Source: Clostridia bacterium
GTDB lineage: Bacteria; Bacillota; Clostridia; Oscillospirales; CAG-272
Assembly: GCA_017463815.1 (NCBI GenBank)
Contig: JAFTOK010000072.1
Location: 1-48,915, forward strand
DNA length: 48,915 bases
Direction: 5' to 3'
Program-made: the position numbers and the translations under genes
Part shown: positions 9,082 to 18,598 of the stretch, one piece after another
Position numbering within the stretch: the stretch's first letter is position 1
How the letters are laid out: each line of letters opens with the position of its first letter
The notes under the pieces: model-generated
What the model saw: only the letters and a program-made list of their open reading frames with translations
Database searches by the model: none
What the model was told of the DNA's origin: nothing

Positions 9082-9216
9082 ATAAGTACACCTCCGTAAT
9101 TCAAACTAATGTATTATATGAAGAAGTGTCGATTATGTGATTTTTTCAAATGTGATATTTACTTTTCTTTTCAAATAATGTATTATTAAATCATAGAAAA
9201 AACAAGGAGCTTTTTT

Positions 9217-10578
9217 ATGAAATACGAGCTTTTGAATTACGATATATTCCCAAAGGTTTTCCCCGCAGGCGGCACGGGAAAAATTACGGTTAAACCGCTC
9301 GGTGCACACGCGGCATTTGCCGAAAACGAGATACACCACATTCGCATAATGCCTATGAGCCACGGTGCGTTTTACGTTTACAAGGAGCGCGAAAACGTTT
9401 TCGATTTTTACATCACGCCCAACAAGCGCGGTGAAATGCATTTTTCGTTCAAATTCCCCGAGGAAGGCGAATACTCCGTACGCATTCTGGATTCCAAAAA
9501 GAAACCGATTGTCAAGCTCGCGCTCTACGCTGTGGAGGCGGATTTATACGGCAAATACGCCTATTTCGGCGATTTGCATATGCACTCCTGCCTTTCCGAC
9601 GGCAAGGAAGCGCCCGAAATAGTGGCTTCAAACTACCGTTCCTACGGATATGATTTTATGGCGCTTACCGACCACAGGCGCTACTACCCCTCGCTGAGAC
9701 TTATAGAAAAATTCAAGGATATTCCGCTTGATATGAAGATTTACCCCGGTGAAGAGGTTCACACGCCGGATACAGACGTGCATATTGTAAACTTCGGCGG
9801 CAGCTACAGCGTGAACGCGCTCTATGAAAAATCCGCGCAGAACGAATTCGGCACAGCGGTAAAAAAACGCTCTATGCCAGGAACGGAAAACGTGCCGCCC
9901 GTTATGAACGAGGAAGAATACCACGCGGCTTGTGCGGCGGCGGCAGAACGATATGATATACCCGAAGGCATAGAAAAGCAATCTTTCGGCGCCTGCGTGT
10001 GGATTTTCGATGAAATAAGAAAAGCGGGCGGGCTCGGTATATTCTGCCACCCATATTGGATAAGCGACGTGTACCAAGTGCCCGAAAACTTCACGGAGTA
10101 TATGCTTACGGTTCATCCGTTCGACGCTTTTGAGGTACTCGGCGGCGAAAGCTACTACCGCCAGAACGGTTTCCAGACAGCGCTCTACTATGAAATGCGC
10201 TCCCGAGGCATAGATTTTCCCGTCGTGGGTACAACAGACACACACGGCTCCACAGAGGCAAACGCAAACAGGCTTGTGGCAAACACCATCGTTTTCGCAG
10301 AAGAAAACACGCGCGACTGTATTGTTTCGGCTATTAAAAACGGCTATTCCGTGGCGGTGGACGGCACGGGTGCGGAGCCGCGCTACGTGGGGCATTTCCG
10401 CCTTATAAAATACGCGTGCTTCCTTATGGAAAACTATTTTCCGCTCCAACGCAAACTTTGCGAGCGCGAGGGCGCGTTTATGCGAGAATTTGCGCTTGGC
10501 GACCAAAGCGCAAAAAAGATGCTGGAGCATTGTGCTGGCAACGTGCCCGGGCTCCGCAAAAAATACTTCGGACATTAA
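9217..10578 (+). CDS. PHP-domain metal-dependent phosphoesterase with N-terminal beta-sandwich domain
   Basis: GDLHMHSCLSDG, ALTDH and TDTHG histidine motifs of the PHP superfamily. RBS AAGGAG. Confidence 0.7.
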   Translation: MKYELLNYDIFPKVFPAGGTGKITVKPLGAHAAFAENEIHHIRIMPMSHGAFYVYKERENVFDFYITPNKRGEMHFSFKFPEEGEYSVRILDSKKKPIVKLALYAVEADLYGKYAYFGDLHMHSCLSDGKEAPEIVASNYRSYGYDFMALTDHRRYYPSLRLIEKFKDIPLDMKIYPGEEVHTPDTDVHIVNFGGSYSVNALYEKSAQNEFGTAVKKRSMPGTENVPPVMNEEEYHAACAAAAERYDIPEGIEKQSFGACVWIFDEIRKAGGLGIFCHPYWISDVYQVPENFTEYMLTVHPFDAFEVLGGESYYRQNGFQTALYYEMRSRGIDFPVVGTTDTHGSTEANANRLVANTIVFAEENTRDCIVSAIKNGYSVAVDGTGAEPRYVGHFRLIKYACFLMENYFPLQRKLCEREGAFMREFALGDQSAKKMLEHCAGNVPGLRKKYFGH

Positions 10579-10620
10579 AAACACAAAAAAGCGCTTTCGC
10601 GCTTTTTCTTTAGGCAAAAT

Positions 10621-10650
10621 AAAAACCGCCGCGAAATGCGGCGGTAAAAT
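10621..10650 (-). terminator. Intrinsic terminator after ABC operon
   Basis: Stem CCGCCGC/GCGGCGG followed by a T-run on the minus strand. Confidence 0.6.
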
Positions 10651-10651
10651 T

Positions 10652-11551
10652 TTAGTTTTTGATGACTTTGGAAAGGAACTCCTGAAGTCTGGGATGCTTG
10701 GGATGGTCGAAAAATTCGGCAGGAGGTGCGCTTTCCTGAATTTTGCCGCCTGCTACAAAGAGCATTCTCGTAGCAACTTCGCGAGCAAAGCCCATTTCGT
10801 GCGTTACAATAACCATCGTCATACCCTCGTTTGCGAGCTGTTTGATAAGCTCCAGAACTTCGCCGACCATTTCGGGGTCGAGCGCGCTCGTGGGTTCGTC
10901 AAAAAGTATTACCTTCGGGTCCATAGCAAGCGCGCGGATGATTGCTATACGCTGTTTCTGACCGCCCGAAAGAGTTGAGGGGTATACGTCCTTTTTATCG
11001 TAAAGACCTATACGGTGGAGAAGCTCCGTGGCTTTCGCTTCGGCTTCTTCCTTTGTTTTAATCTTGAGGTGAACGGGCGCAAGCGTGAGGTTTTCCATAA
11101 CCGTGAGGTTGTTGAAAAGGTTGAAGTGCTGGAACACCATACCGATATCGCGGCGAGCGACATTGAGGTCTATGCAAATTTCCTTTTCAAGGTGCTTGTG
11201 CGCCGTTTTAAATTCGCCGCCCTCGTTTTTGCGAAGGAGCTTTTCTGCTTTTATTTTTTCAATGGCATCTTCCTTTTTCAGCCCCTGCGCCATAAGCTTT
11301 TTGCAGGTTGCGCTCACGGCAATCAGGTCGTCGTGAAGATAAGGGTCTATATAGGAAACGAGCTTGCCGTCGAAGATAACTTCGCCCGCCGTGGGCTCTT
11401 CCATACAGTTGAGGCAGCGAAGAAAAGTGCTTTTACCGCCGCCGGAAGGTCCTACGATAACAACTTTTTCGCCCGCGGAAATATGCTCTGTTATTTCATC
11501 GAGAACGGTGAGCTCCCCGTATCTTTTTGTAAGTTTAATTACGTCTATCAC
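10652..11551 (-). CDS. Amino-acid ABC transporter ATP-binding protein (GlnQ/PAAT family) with ~55 aa insertion
   Basis: Walker A GPSGGGKST, signature LSGGQKQR, Walker B ILFDEPTSALD. Extra segment between Walker A and the Q-loop. Confidence 0.9.
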   Translation of the reverse strand: MIDVIKLTKRYGELTVLDEITEHISAGEKVVIVGPSGGGKSTFLRCLNCMEEPTAGEVIFDGKLVSYIDPYLHDDLIAVSATCKKLMAQGLKKEDAIEKIKAEKLLRKNEGGEFKTAHKHLEKEICIDLNVARRDIGMVFQHFNLFNNLTVMENLTLAPVHLKIKTKEEAEAKATELLHRIGLYDKKDVYPSTLSGGQKQRIAIIRALAMDPKVILFDEPTSALDPEMVGEVLELIKQLANEGMTMVIVTHEMGFAREVATRMLFVAGGKIQESAPPAEFFDHPKHPRLQEFLSKVIKN

Positions 11552-12245
11552 TTTTACCGAGGCTCCTTTCGAGTGCTTTTACCATAACTGTAATCGCGAG
11601 TACAAGCACGATATAAATAAGTGCCATTACAATGTAAGGTACCATAAATTCGTAGCTGTTCGTACCCATATCGTTGAACGCCTTGTAAAGGTCTGCCGTG
11701 CCTACAAAGCTTACAATCGACGTTTCCTTTACAAGCACGATAAATTCATTGCCGAGTGTGGGAAGAATGTTCTTAACCGCCTGAGGAACGATTATTTTTA
11801 CCATCGTTGTAACAAAGTTAAGACCGAGCGCCCTGCCCGCCTCCATCTGGCCGGGGTCTACAGACTGAATACCGCTTCGCATAATTTCGGAAACGTATGC
11901 GCCGCTGTTAAGGCCGAAAACCGTGATACTTACGGCAAGAGAGGAGAAGTTGAGCCCGAGCAAGGGCAAGAGAACGTAGTACGCAAGAAGAAGCTGAACA
12001 ACCATCGGCGTACCGCGGAAGAAGCTTACGTACACGTCGCAAATGCTGTTAAGCACGCCCGTAGCTTTCTTTTCCTTCGGCATAACGCGCACCGCAGCAA
12101 TAAGAGTACCGATAACAACGCCTATAATAAGACCTATAACAGCTATCAAAAGTGTGTTACGAAGGCCTATAAGCACGTCATTATAGCCACCGTATTCATA
12201 AAAATATGTCCAAAATTTTTGGATTTTTCTATCAAAACCGCCCAT
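11535..12245 (-). CDS. Amino-acid ABC transporter permease (His/Glu/Gln/Arg/opine family)
   Basis: EAA-like motif EAGRALGLNF, 5 predicted TM segments. Overlaps the ATPase gene start. Confidence 0.9.
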   Translation of the reverse strand: MGGFDRKIQKFWTYFYEYGGYNDVLIGLRNTLLIAVIGLIIGVVIGTLIAAVRVMPKEKKATGVLNSICDVYVSFFRGTPMVVQLLLAYYVLLPLLGLNFSSLAVSITVFGLNSGAYVSEIMRSGIQSVDPGQMEAGRALGLNFVTTMVKIIVPQAVKNILPTLGNEFIVLVKETSIVSFVGTADLYKAFNDMGTNSYEFMVPYIVMALIYIVLVLAITVMVKALERSLGKSDRRN

Positions 12246-12324
12246 TTTTAATTCCTTTTAAACGGCACGAAACCTCGTCATTTTGGCGAGGTTTTGCGCG
12301 ATATGTAAAAATTCTTCTGTAAAA

Positions 12325-13167
12325 TCAACCGTTCATTTCGCGAACGATGCATTTTGCGGGAGCTTCGTCGATAACAACGAAAGAGATGTTGCCGTTAATC
12401 ATATCCTGAACGGCAAGGGAGCCTGCTTTGTAACCGTTTGTTGTTACGCCGTAGCCTTCAAATTCAAAATCTTCGTCGCCTTCGAGGTAGAACTGACCTG
12501 TTGTACCTGTCTGGCAGCCTGCTTTAACATCTTTACCGAATGTTTTAAGAATTGCTTCAACGTCTGCAACTGTTTTGCATTCGTCAAATCTTGTGTCGTC
12601 TGCCATAACAACGAGCATCTGAGATGCGTTGTAGTAGGATTCGCTGAACGTAACGAACTCTTCACGGTCTTCTCTTACTGTAAGACCTGCCATAGCGATG
12701 TCTGCATAGCCCTGAGAAACCTGAAGGCAAACAGCGTCGAAGTCCATATTTTTGATAACAAGCTCTTTGCCGAGGTAATCAGCGAGGAGTTTTGCAATTT
12801 CCATATCAACGCCGTAGTATGTATCGCCTTTTTTGTATTCAAAAGGCTCAAACTGTGCGTTTGTAGCAACTACGAGCTGGTCTTTTGTTGCATCTTCAAC
12901 GGCGGAAGTAACGCCTGTGGGTTCGCCGCCCTGGAAGTATTTTTCGCAAATCGCGTCGAGCTGACCGTTTGTTTTGATGCTCTGAATGAACTCATTTACT
13001 TGTTCAAGAAGTTCAGGCTGGTTTTTGTCTACGCCGAAAGCGTATTTTTCGTCTGTAAGAGCGATGTCGATAACTTTAACATCCTGTGTGCCGCCGCAGG
13101 AAGCGCAAGCAAGAAGCGTGAGCGCAACGAGAACAGAGGCAAGAATAAGACTTACGATTCTTTTCAT
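12325..13167 (-). CDS. Amino-acid ABC transporter substrate-binding lipoprotein
   Basis: Signal peptide plus lipobox (LLACASCGG). SBP_bac_3-like sequence (FEPFEY, GLTVREDRE). Confidence 0.85.
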   Translation of the reverse strand: MKRIVSLILASVLVALTLLACASCGGTQDVKVIDIALTDEKYAFGVDKNQPELLEQVNEFIQSIKTNGQLDAICEKYFQGGEPTGVTSAVEDATKDQLVVATNAQFEPFEYKKGDTYYGVDMEIAKLLADYLGKELVIKNMDFDAVCLQVSQGYADIAMAGLTVREDREEFVTFSESYYNASQMLVVMADDTRFDECKTVADVEAILKTFGKDVKAGCQTGTTGQFYLEGDEDFEFEGYGVTTNGYKAGSLAVQDMINGNISFVVIDEAPAKCIVREMNG

Positions 13168-13240
13168 TTTTTAATCTCCTAATGATATTTAATTAAATTT
13201 ATTTATATAAGATATATAAATATAATAATGATTACGCTAC

Positions 13241-13269
13241 ATTATATAATACAGCGGGGGTTTTGTCAA
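13241..13269 (-). promoter_or_regulatory. Sigma-A promoter for the ABC transporter operon
   Basis: Minus strand TTGACA-17 nt-TATAAT, perfect consensus. Confidence 0.55.
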
Positions 13270-13339
13270 TACTTTTTGCGGAAAATATTCATTTTTTGTG
13301 AATATTACGCCCGCTCATTGAAAAATTATTCATAAATAT

Positions 13340-14713
13340 TCACTGCACGAGCAGTGCGGCAACTTCATTTACCGTACCTGCGCCCAAAACAAGGATTATA
13401 TCGCCCGTGCCGGCCTCCGCACGCAGTTTTTCCGCCGCATCGGCATAGGAGCTTGCATATTCACCCGAAGGAGTAGCTTTTGCCAGCGCCTCGGAAGAAA
13501 CGCCGTATGTGTTTACCTCGCGTGCGGCGTATATATCCACAAAATAGATTTTGTCCGCCCCCGCAAAGCTGCCCGCAAACTCCTCGAAAAGCGAATACGT
13601 GCGGGAATACGTGTGCGGCTCGAAAACGCAGAGCAGTTTGCCCGCACACAGTTTGCGTGCGGCAGAAACGGCGGCTGAAAGCTCCTTCGGGTGGTGCGCG
13701 TAGTCGATGTATACCTCTGCGCCGCCCACGCTTCCCTTTTTCTCAAATCTGCGTGAAAGCCCTGTGAAATCCGCAAGGCGGAGCGCTATATCCTCAGCGC
13801 TCACCCCCGCGTGCGCGCAGGAAGCCGCCGCCGCGAGCGCGTTGTAAATATTATGCTCGCCGGGCACGGAAAGGCGCGTGTGGCAGAAGAAAGAGCCGTG
13901 TGCAAAAATGTCAAATTCAGCGTACCCGCCCTCGTAGGAAATATTGCGCGCCGCAAAATCCGCCGCGGAATTTATACCGAACGTGGTGACGGGCAATCCC
14001 GCGAGCGCCGAAACCGTGTTTTCGTCGTCGCCGTTTGAAACGACAATGCCGTTTTCCTCCGCGAGCGCTATTTCCGCATATTTGCGGAAAGAAGCCTTTA
14101 TCTGGGCAAGACCGCCCGTGAAATAGTCCGTGTGGTCGAGGTCTATATTCAGCACTACGGAAACCGTTGGGAAAAAGCCGAGGAACGAATCTTTATATTC
14201 GCACGCCTCGAAAACGAAGTCCTCCTTTTCGCCCACGCGGTAAGCCCCGCCCATTTCGGCGGTTTCCGCGCCGCACATAACCGTGGGCTCCTTGCCCGAG
14301 GCGATGAGCACGTGCGAAATCATCGCCGTGCAGGTGGACTTCCCGTGCGAGCCCGAAACGCCTATGCGCGTTTCGTATTTTTTCATCATATAGCCGAGCG
14401 CGTCTGCACGGTAAACAAGCGGTAGCCCCAAGCGCTTCGCTTCGGCAATCTCGGGGTTCTGCTCGTTCACGGCGCCCGTGTAAATAACGGCATCTGCCCC
14501 GTGTACGTTCGCGGCGTCGTGCCCGTGGTGCACGGTTATGCCCGCGCGCATAAGTTTGCGCGTCATATCGTTCTGCGCCCTGTCGGAGCCGCTGACGATA
14601 TACCCTTTCGATTTGAAAACAAACGCTATGCTGGACATACTTATACCGCCGATGCCCACGAAAAAGAGCGTGCGCGCATTTTCAAGCACGTCGAAATTAT
14701 CTTTAAAAACCAT
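13340..14713 (-). CDS. murC: UDP-N-acetylmuramate--L-alanine ligase
   Basis: GIGGISMSSIA and GSHGKSTCTAM motifs. Mur ligase length and domain order. Confidence 0.9.
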   Translation of the reverse strand: MVFKDNFDVLENARTLFFVGIGGISMSSIAFVFKSKGYIVSGSDRAQNDMTRKLMRAGITVHHGHDAANVHGADAVIYTGAVNEQNPEIAEAKRLGLPLVYRADALGYMMKKYETRIGVSGSHGKSTCTAMISHVLIASGKEPTVMCGAETAEMGGAYRVGEKEDFVFEACEYKDSFLGFFPTVSVVLNIDLDHTDYFTGGLAQIKASFRKYAEIALAEENGIVVSNGDDENTVSALAGLPVTTFGINSAADFAARNISYEGGYAEFDIFAHGSFFCHTRLSVPGEHNIYNALAAAASCAHAGVSAEDIALRLADFTGLSRRFEKKGSVGGAEVYIDYAHHPKELSAAVSAARKLCAGKLLCVFEPHTYSRTYSLFEEFAGSFAGADKIYFVDIYAAREVNTYGVSSEALAKATPSGEYASSYADAAEKLRAEAGTGDIILVLGAGTVNEVAALLVQ

Positions 14714-14890
14714 AGAAAAACCTCTATAATAAAAAACAAACTTTTAAAATTACATATATTTTCCCCCAAAAGCGCTTAAAACGACAAATTGTTAACTAAA
14801 TTATTAATTTTCATTTGAATAAAGTTCATAATTTAGTTGTAGAATATAGAAAACGATGAAAATACAAACAATTTCAAGGAGAAAATAAAA

Positions 14891-15211
14891 ATGGAAATCA
14901 CAGATGTAAAAATCAGAAAAATCTTCGACGAAGGCCCTATGAAAGCCGTAGTATCCGTTACATTCGAAGGCGCACTCGCACTTCACGACGTTAAGGTGAT
15001 TAACGCAAGAGATAAGTTCTTCGTTGTTATGCCCTCCCGAAAAAATCCCGACGGCACATACCGCGATATAGTTCACCCGATTAACGCAACGATGCGCAAC
15101 GCGCTCGAGGAAACGGTTATCGGCGCTTACTTCAAATACCTCAAGGATATTGAAGACGGCATTATTCCCGCCCCCGGTACGGAAAAAGAGCTTATTGAAT
15201 ACGCAGACTGA
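14891..15211 (+). CDS. spoVG: Septation/sporulation regulator SpoVG
   Basis: MEITDVKIRKI...KAVVSVTFEGALALHDVKVI...FVVMPSRK is the canonical SpoVG sequence. RBS AAGGAG. Confidence 0.9.
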   Translation: MEITDVKIRKIFDEGPMKAVVSVTFEGALALHDVKVINARDKFFVVMPSRKNPDGTYRDIVHPINATMRNALEETVIGAYFKYLKDIEDGIIPAPGTEKELIEYAD

Positions 15212-15230
15212 ATTTTTTTCATAAACCTCC

Positions 15231-15267
15231 AAAATCTAACCTGCCGCACGGCAGGTTAGATTTTTTT
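15231..15267. terminator. Bidirectional intrinsic terminator
   Basis: 11 bp stem TCTAACCTGCC/GGCAGGTTAGA, GCAC loop, flanked by an A-run and a T7 run. Confidence 0.7.
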
Positions 15268-15281
15268 GTGTCATTTTCAAA

Positions 15282-15776
15282 TCAATATCCGAATTTTCCG
15301 CTCAGGCTGTCGTCGTTCTCTATCCAATCCTTAACGTCATAGACAGTGTATTCCGTTTTGTTTTCGCGCACAATCACTTGCTCTATGCCCGCGTTTATAA
15401 CCTGACGTTTGCACATCATACAAGAGCAGGTGCCGGGCATAAGCTCGCCGGATTTCACGTCTATGCAAGCCATATAAAGCGTAGCGCCGAGCATCTGGTC
15501 GCGCGAGGCGGCGATGATGGCGTTTGCCTCCGCGTGTACGGAACGGCACATTTCGTATCTTTCGCCGCGCGGTATGCCGAGATGGTCGCGCATACAGAAG
15601 TTCATATCAACACAGTTTTTGCGTCCGCGGGGTGCGCCGTTATATCCCGTCGATATTATTATATCGTTTTTGACAATTATTGCGCCGAAAGCGCGGCGAA
15701 GACAAGTGCTTCTCTGTGCCACCGTCTGCGCTATATCAAGATAATAGTTTACCTTATCAGGCCTGTTAAGTGCCAT
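15282..15776 (-). CDS. comEB: Deoxycytidylate (dCMP) deaminase, ComEB-like
   Basis: Zinc motifs HAEANAI and CSCMMCKR (PCxxC-type). Confidence 0.85.
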   Translation of the reverse strand: MALNRPDKVNYYLDIAQTVAQRSTCLRRAFGAIIVKNDIIISTGYNGAPRGRKNCVDMNFCMRDHLGIPRGERYEMCRSVHAEANAIIAASRDQMLGATLYMACIDVKSGELMPGTCSCMMCKRQVINAGIEQVIVRENKTEYTVYDVKDWIENDDSLSGKFGY

Positions 15777-15815
15777 AAAAACCTCCGTTTTTAAAACATA
15801 TAATAAAATTTCGCC

Positions 15816-16559
15816 TTATTTTTCAGGTTCAAATTCGTATACGGGAAGCACCTGAAGTTTGAAAAGGTTTATTTTGTGGAGTCTGTCTATTTTTGCCTTC
15901 TTTTCTTCGTCATCTATAACGCCCTCGCGAATGTATTTGTCGAGCATAGCGTAGGTGAAGCCGAGCTTGTCCTCATCGGTAGAGCCGGAAAGGCCGTCGG
16001 AAGGAACTTTTTCTATGAATTTTTCGGGCAAGCCGAGGTATCTGCCTATTTCCTTAACCTCAGCAACGGTAAAGCGGGAAATGGGACCGAAGTCGCCCGC
16101 GCTGTCGCCGTAGCGTGTGGAGTAGCCTACCCAATCCTCGGAAAGGTTGCAGGTGTTTGCCACTCTGCCGTTTTTAGATTGAGAAACCATATAAAGCACG
16201 GACATACGTATTCTGGGGGGAAGGTTTACCTTGGACTGGTTGGAAACTTCGAGTCTGCCGCCCAAAGCTTCGTAAACGCCTGCAACAGCGGGGTGGATAT
16301 CCACAACCATATTGTCTATTTCGAGGAAATCGCAGAGGTCGTGGGAGTAATCTATATCGCTCTGTTCGCCGTCGGGCATAAGCACGCCGAAAACACGCTC
16401 TTTGCCGAGCGCCTTGCAGCAGAGCGCCGCCACAACAGAGCTATCCTTTCCGCCGGAAATGCCTATAATCACGTTGCAACCCTTGCCGTTCTGCTCGAAC
16501 CAATCCTGAATCCATTTAATGCAACCCTCGGTTGCTTTTTTTACGTCGAAATTATACAT
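15816..16559 (-). CDS. nadE: Ammonia-dependent NAD+ synthetase
   Basis: PP-loop GISGGKDSSV, ~250 aa. Confidence 0.9.
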   Translation of the reverse strand: MYNFDVKKATEGCIKWIQDWFEQNGKGCNVIIGISGGKDSSVVAALCCKALGKERVFGVLMPDGEQSDIDYSHDLCDFLEIDNMVVDIHPAVAGVYEALGGRLEVSNQSKVNLPPRIRMSVLYMVSQSKNGRVANTCNLSEDWVGYSTRYGDSAGDFGPISRFTVAEVKEIGRYLGLPEKFIEKVPSDGLSGSTDEDKLGFTYAMLDKYIREGVIDDEEKKAKIDRLHKINLFKLQVLPVYEFEPEK

Positions 16560-16625
16560 AAAAATCTCCTTTTAAAAATCAAGATAAATAATGTCACAAG
16601 GGCGAACAATGTTCGCCCTGAAATA

Positions 16626-17657
16626 TTAAAGTATGTCTGCCATTTCGAGAATAAGTTTTTCTGTCTTTTCCCAGCCGAGGCACGGGTCTGTGATAGATTT
16701 ACCGTAGATGCCTTCGCCGATTTTCTGCGCGCCGTCTTCGATGTAGCTTTCAATCATAAAGCCCTTAACTATGCTGCGAACGTCTTTGTTGTATCTGCAG
16801 GAGTGAAGAACTTCTTTTGCGATACGCACCTGCTCTGCGAATTTTTTGCCGGAGTTTGCGTGGTTCGTGTCCACGATAACTGCGGGGTTTTTGAGGTCGG
16901 GCTTCGCCGCGTATTCTTCGTAGAGGTTTACAAGGTCTTCGTAGTGGTAGTTCGGCATAGACTGACCGAATTTATTAACGTAGCCGCGAAGAATCGCGTG
17001 TGCGTAGGGGTTGCCGAAGCTTTCTACTTCCCATCCGCGGTAAATAAACTGGTGTGCGTGCTGGCCCGCTGTGATAGAGTTCATCATAACGGAAATATCG
17101 CCGCTCGTGGGGTTCTTCATACCAACGGGAATATCGAGGCCGCTGGCTGTGAGTCTGTGGTGCTGGTCTTCCACGCTTCTTGCGCCGATGGCAACGTAGG
17201 AAAGAAGGTCGGAAAGGTAGCGGTGGTTTTCGGGGTAGAGCATTTCGTCTGCCGTGGAAAGACCTGTTTCCGCAAGAGCTCTCATATGGAGCTCACGAAT
17301 AGCAACGATACCCTTGAAAGCGTCGGGGGCTTCGTTGGGGTTGGGCTGGTGAACCATACCCTTGTAGCCATCGCCTATAGTTCTGGGCTTACCTGTGTAA
17401 ATTCTGGGGATAATGATGAGCTTGTCCGCAACCTTATCCTGCACACCTTTGAGTCTGCAGATGTAGTCTATAACGGAATCTTCGTTGTCTGCGGAGCAAG
17501 GGCCGATAACGAGCACCATCTTATCGCTCGCGCCCGTGAAAACCTTTTTGATTTCCTCGTCGCGTGCGGCTTTCACCGTTGCAAGCTCGAAAGTGAGGGG
17601 GTACATTTCTTTAACTTCCATAGGAATGGGAAGTTTGCGTTTAAAATTCATATTCAT
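16626..17657 (-). CDS. aroF: 3-deoxy-7-phosphoheptulose (DAHP) synthase, class I
   Basis: GPCS, KPRT and GARSVEDQ motifs of class I-alpha DAHP synthases. Last gene of the aromatic operon. Confidence 0.85.
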   Translation of the reverse strand: MNMNFKRKLPIPMEVKEMYPLTFELATVKAARDEEIKKVFTGASDKMVLVIGPCSADNEDSVIDYICRLKGVQDKVADKLIIIPRIYTGKPRTIGDGYKGMVHQPNPNEAPDAFKGIVAIRELHMRALAETGLSTADEMLYPENHRYLSDLLSYVAIGARSVEDQHHRLTASGLDIPVGMKNPTSGDISVMMNSITAGQHAHQFIYRGWEVESFGNPYAHAILRGYVNKFGQSMPNYHYEDLVNLYEEYAAKPDLKNPAVIVDTNHANSGKKFAEQVRIAKEVLHSCRYNKDVRSIVKGFMIESYIEDGAQKIGEGIYGKSITDPCLGWEKTEKLILEMADIL

Positions 17658-17734
17658 AGGAGTTTATTGCCTTTCAAATTATATATTTTTTATTATTTTG
17701 TTCATTTTAAGAAAGTTATTTGCAAAGCTTTCTT

Positions 17735-18598
17735 TCAAGAAAGCTTTTTATCGAACATTCCGCGGCGCTCTGTGGAAAGACGCATCATCTTCTTCATCGT
17801 GTCCACGTCGTCCGTTTCCATACTGCGGCGGAGCTTTTCAAGCTCGCCCTCGAACGCTTTAATTTCGGAAATGAGCATATCCTTGTTGAGCATAAAGAGC
17901 TCGCTCCACATATCCTCGTTGATTCGCGCGATTCGCGTGAGGTCGCGGAAGGAGTCACCCGTGTATTTGCAAAGGTTTGCGTCGTCGTTGCACGTCATAA
18001 GAGCCACGGCTATGCAGTGCGTAAGCTGGGAAAGGAAAGCTATCATTCTGTCGTGCTTCTGCGGGGAAATAACGGAAACGTTCGCAAAGCCGAGCATTTC
18101 ACCCAAAGCCTTGCACGTTTCAATGGCATATTCGCTGTTGCTCGCCGTGGGCGTAACTATGTAGTTCGCGCCCTTGAACATAGCGGGGTTGCTGTTCTCG
18201 ATACCGTAAACCTCTCTGCCCGCCATAGGGTGCGCGCCGATAAACTCAACGCCCTCGGGCAAATTATTTTGAATTTCGTCTACAATAGCGCATTTAACGC
18301 CCGTAACGTCTGTTATAATAGCGCCTTTTTTAAAGTATTTGCCGTTTTCCTTTATCCGATCAACAAAAACGTGCGGGTAAAGGGCGAAAACGGCTATGTC
18401 AGCTTTCGCTATCATCTCTTTGTCGATTTCCGTCGTGCCTTCTTTTATCATACCGTGCTCAAGCGCGTAATCGATTGTGCTCTGCTTGCTCGTTATGGCA
18501 TAGACCTCATAGCCCTTTTCCGTAAGTACTTGCGCGTAGCTGCCGCCGAGAAGGCCGAGGCCGACAATCAGTATTTTTTTACTTTTTTCAATTTCCAC
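17735..18598 (-). CDS. tyrA: Prephenate dehydrogenase
   Basis: Rossmann motif IVGLGLLGGS and HPMAG motif. GTG start with GAGGT 8 nt upstream. Overlaps the aroA stop. Confidence 0.85.
   Translation of the reverse strand: MEIEKSKKILIVGLGLLGGSYAQVLTEKGYEVYAITSKQSTIDYALEHGMIKEGTTEIDKEMIAKADIAVFALYPHVFVDRIKENGKYFKKGAIITDVTGVKCAIVDEIQNNLPEGVEFIGAHPMAGREVYGIENSNPAMFKGANYIVTPTASNSEYAIETCKALGEMLGFANVSVISPQKHDRMIAFLSQLTHCIAVALMTCNDDANLCKYTGDSFRDLTRIARINEDMWSELFMLNKDMLISEIKAFEGELEKLRRSMETDDVDTMKKMMRLSTERRGMFDKKLS

Noticed and set aside
17722-17748. The hairpin AAGCTTTC-N6-GAAAGCTT at the tyrA stop as an internal terminator before the DAHP synthase gene.
   Set aside because: The T-run is on the non-transcribed (+) strand. 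On the operon (minus) strand the stem is followed by GCAAATAAC, so it is unlikely to terminate transcription.
15876-18164. A 762-aa ORF on the + strand. Other very long track ORFs behave the same way: 45151-46806 (+), 32941-34347 (-), 25069-26463 (+), 18600-19907 (+), 22488-23702 (+), 7486-8646 (+), 30562-31743 (-), 1111-2211 (+), 35708-36778 (+), 44205-45203 (+) and 24107-25099 (+).
   Set aside because: Each lies antisense to one or more genes with unmistakable conserved motifs (nadE/aroF/tyrA, glmM, the rSAM maturase and others). Their translations are low-complexity and rich in Arg, Ala, Phe, His, Val and Cys, with no recognisable motifs or RBS. High GC3 codon bias in the real genes depletes stop codons on the opposite strand, so these are shadow ORFs.
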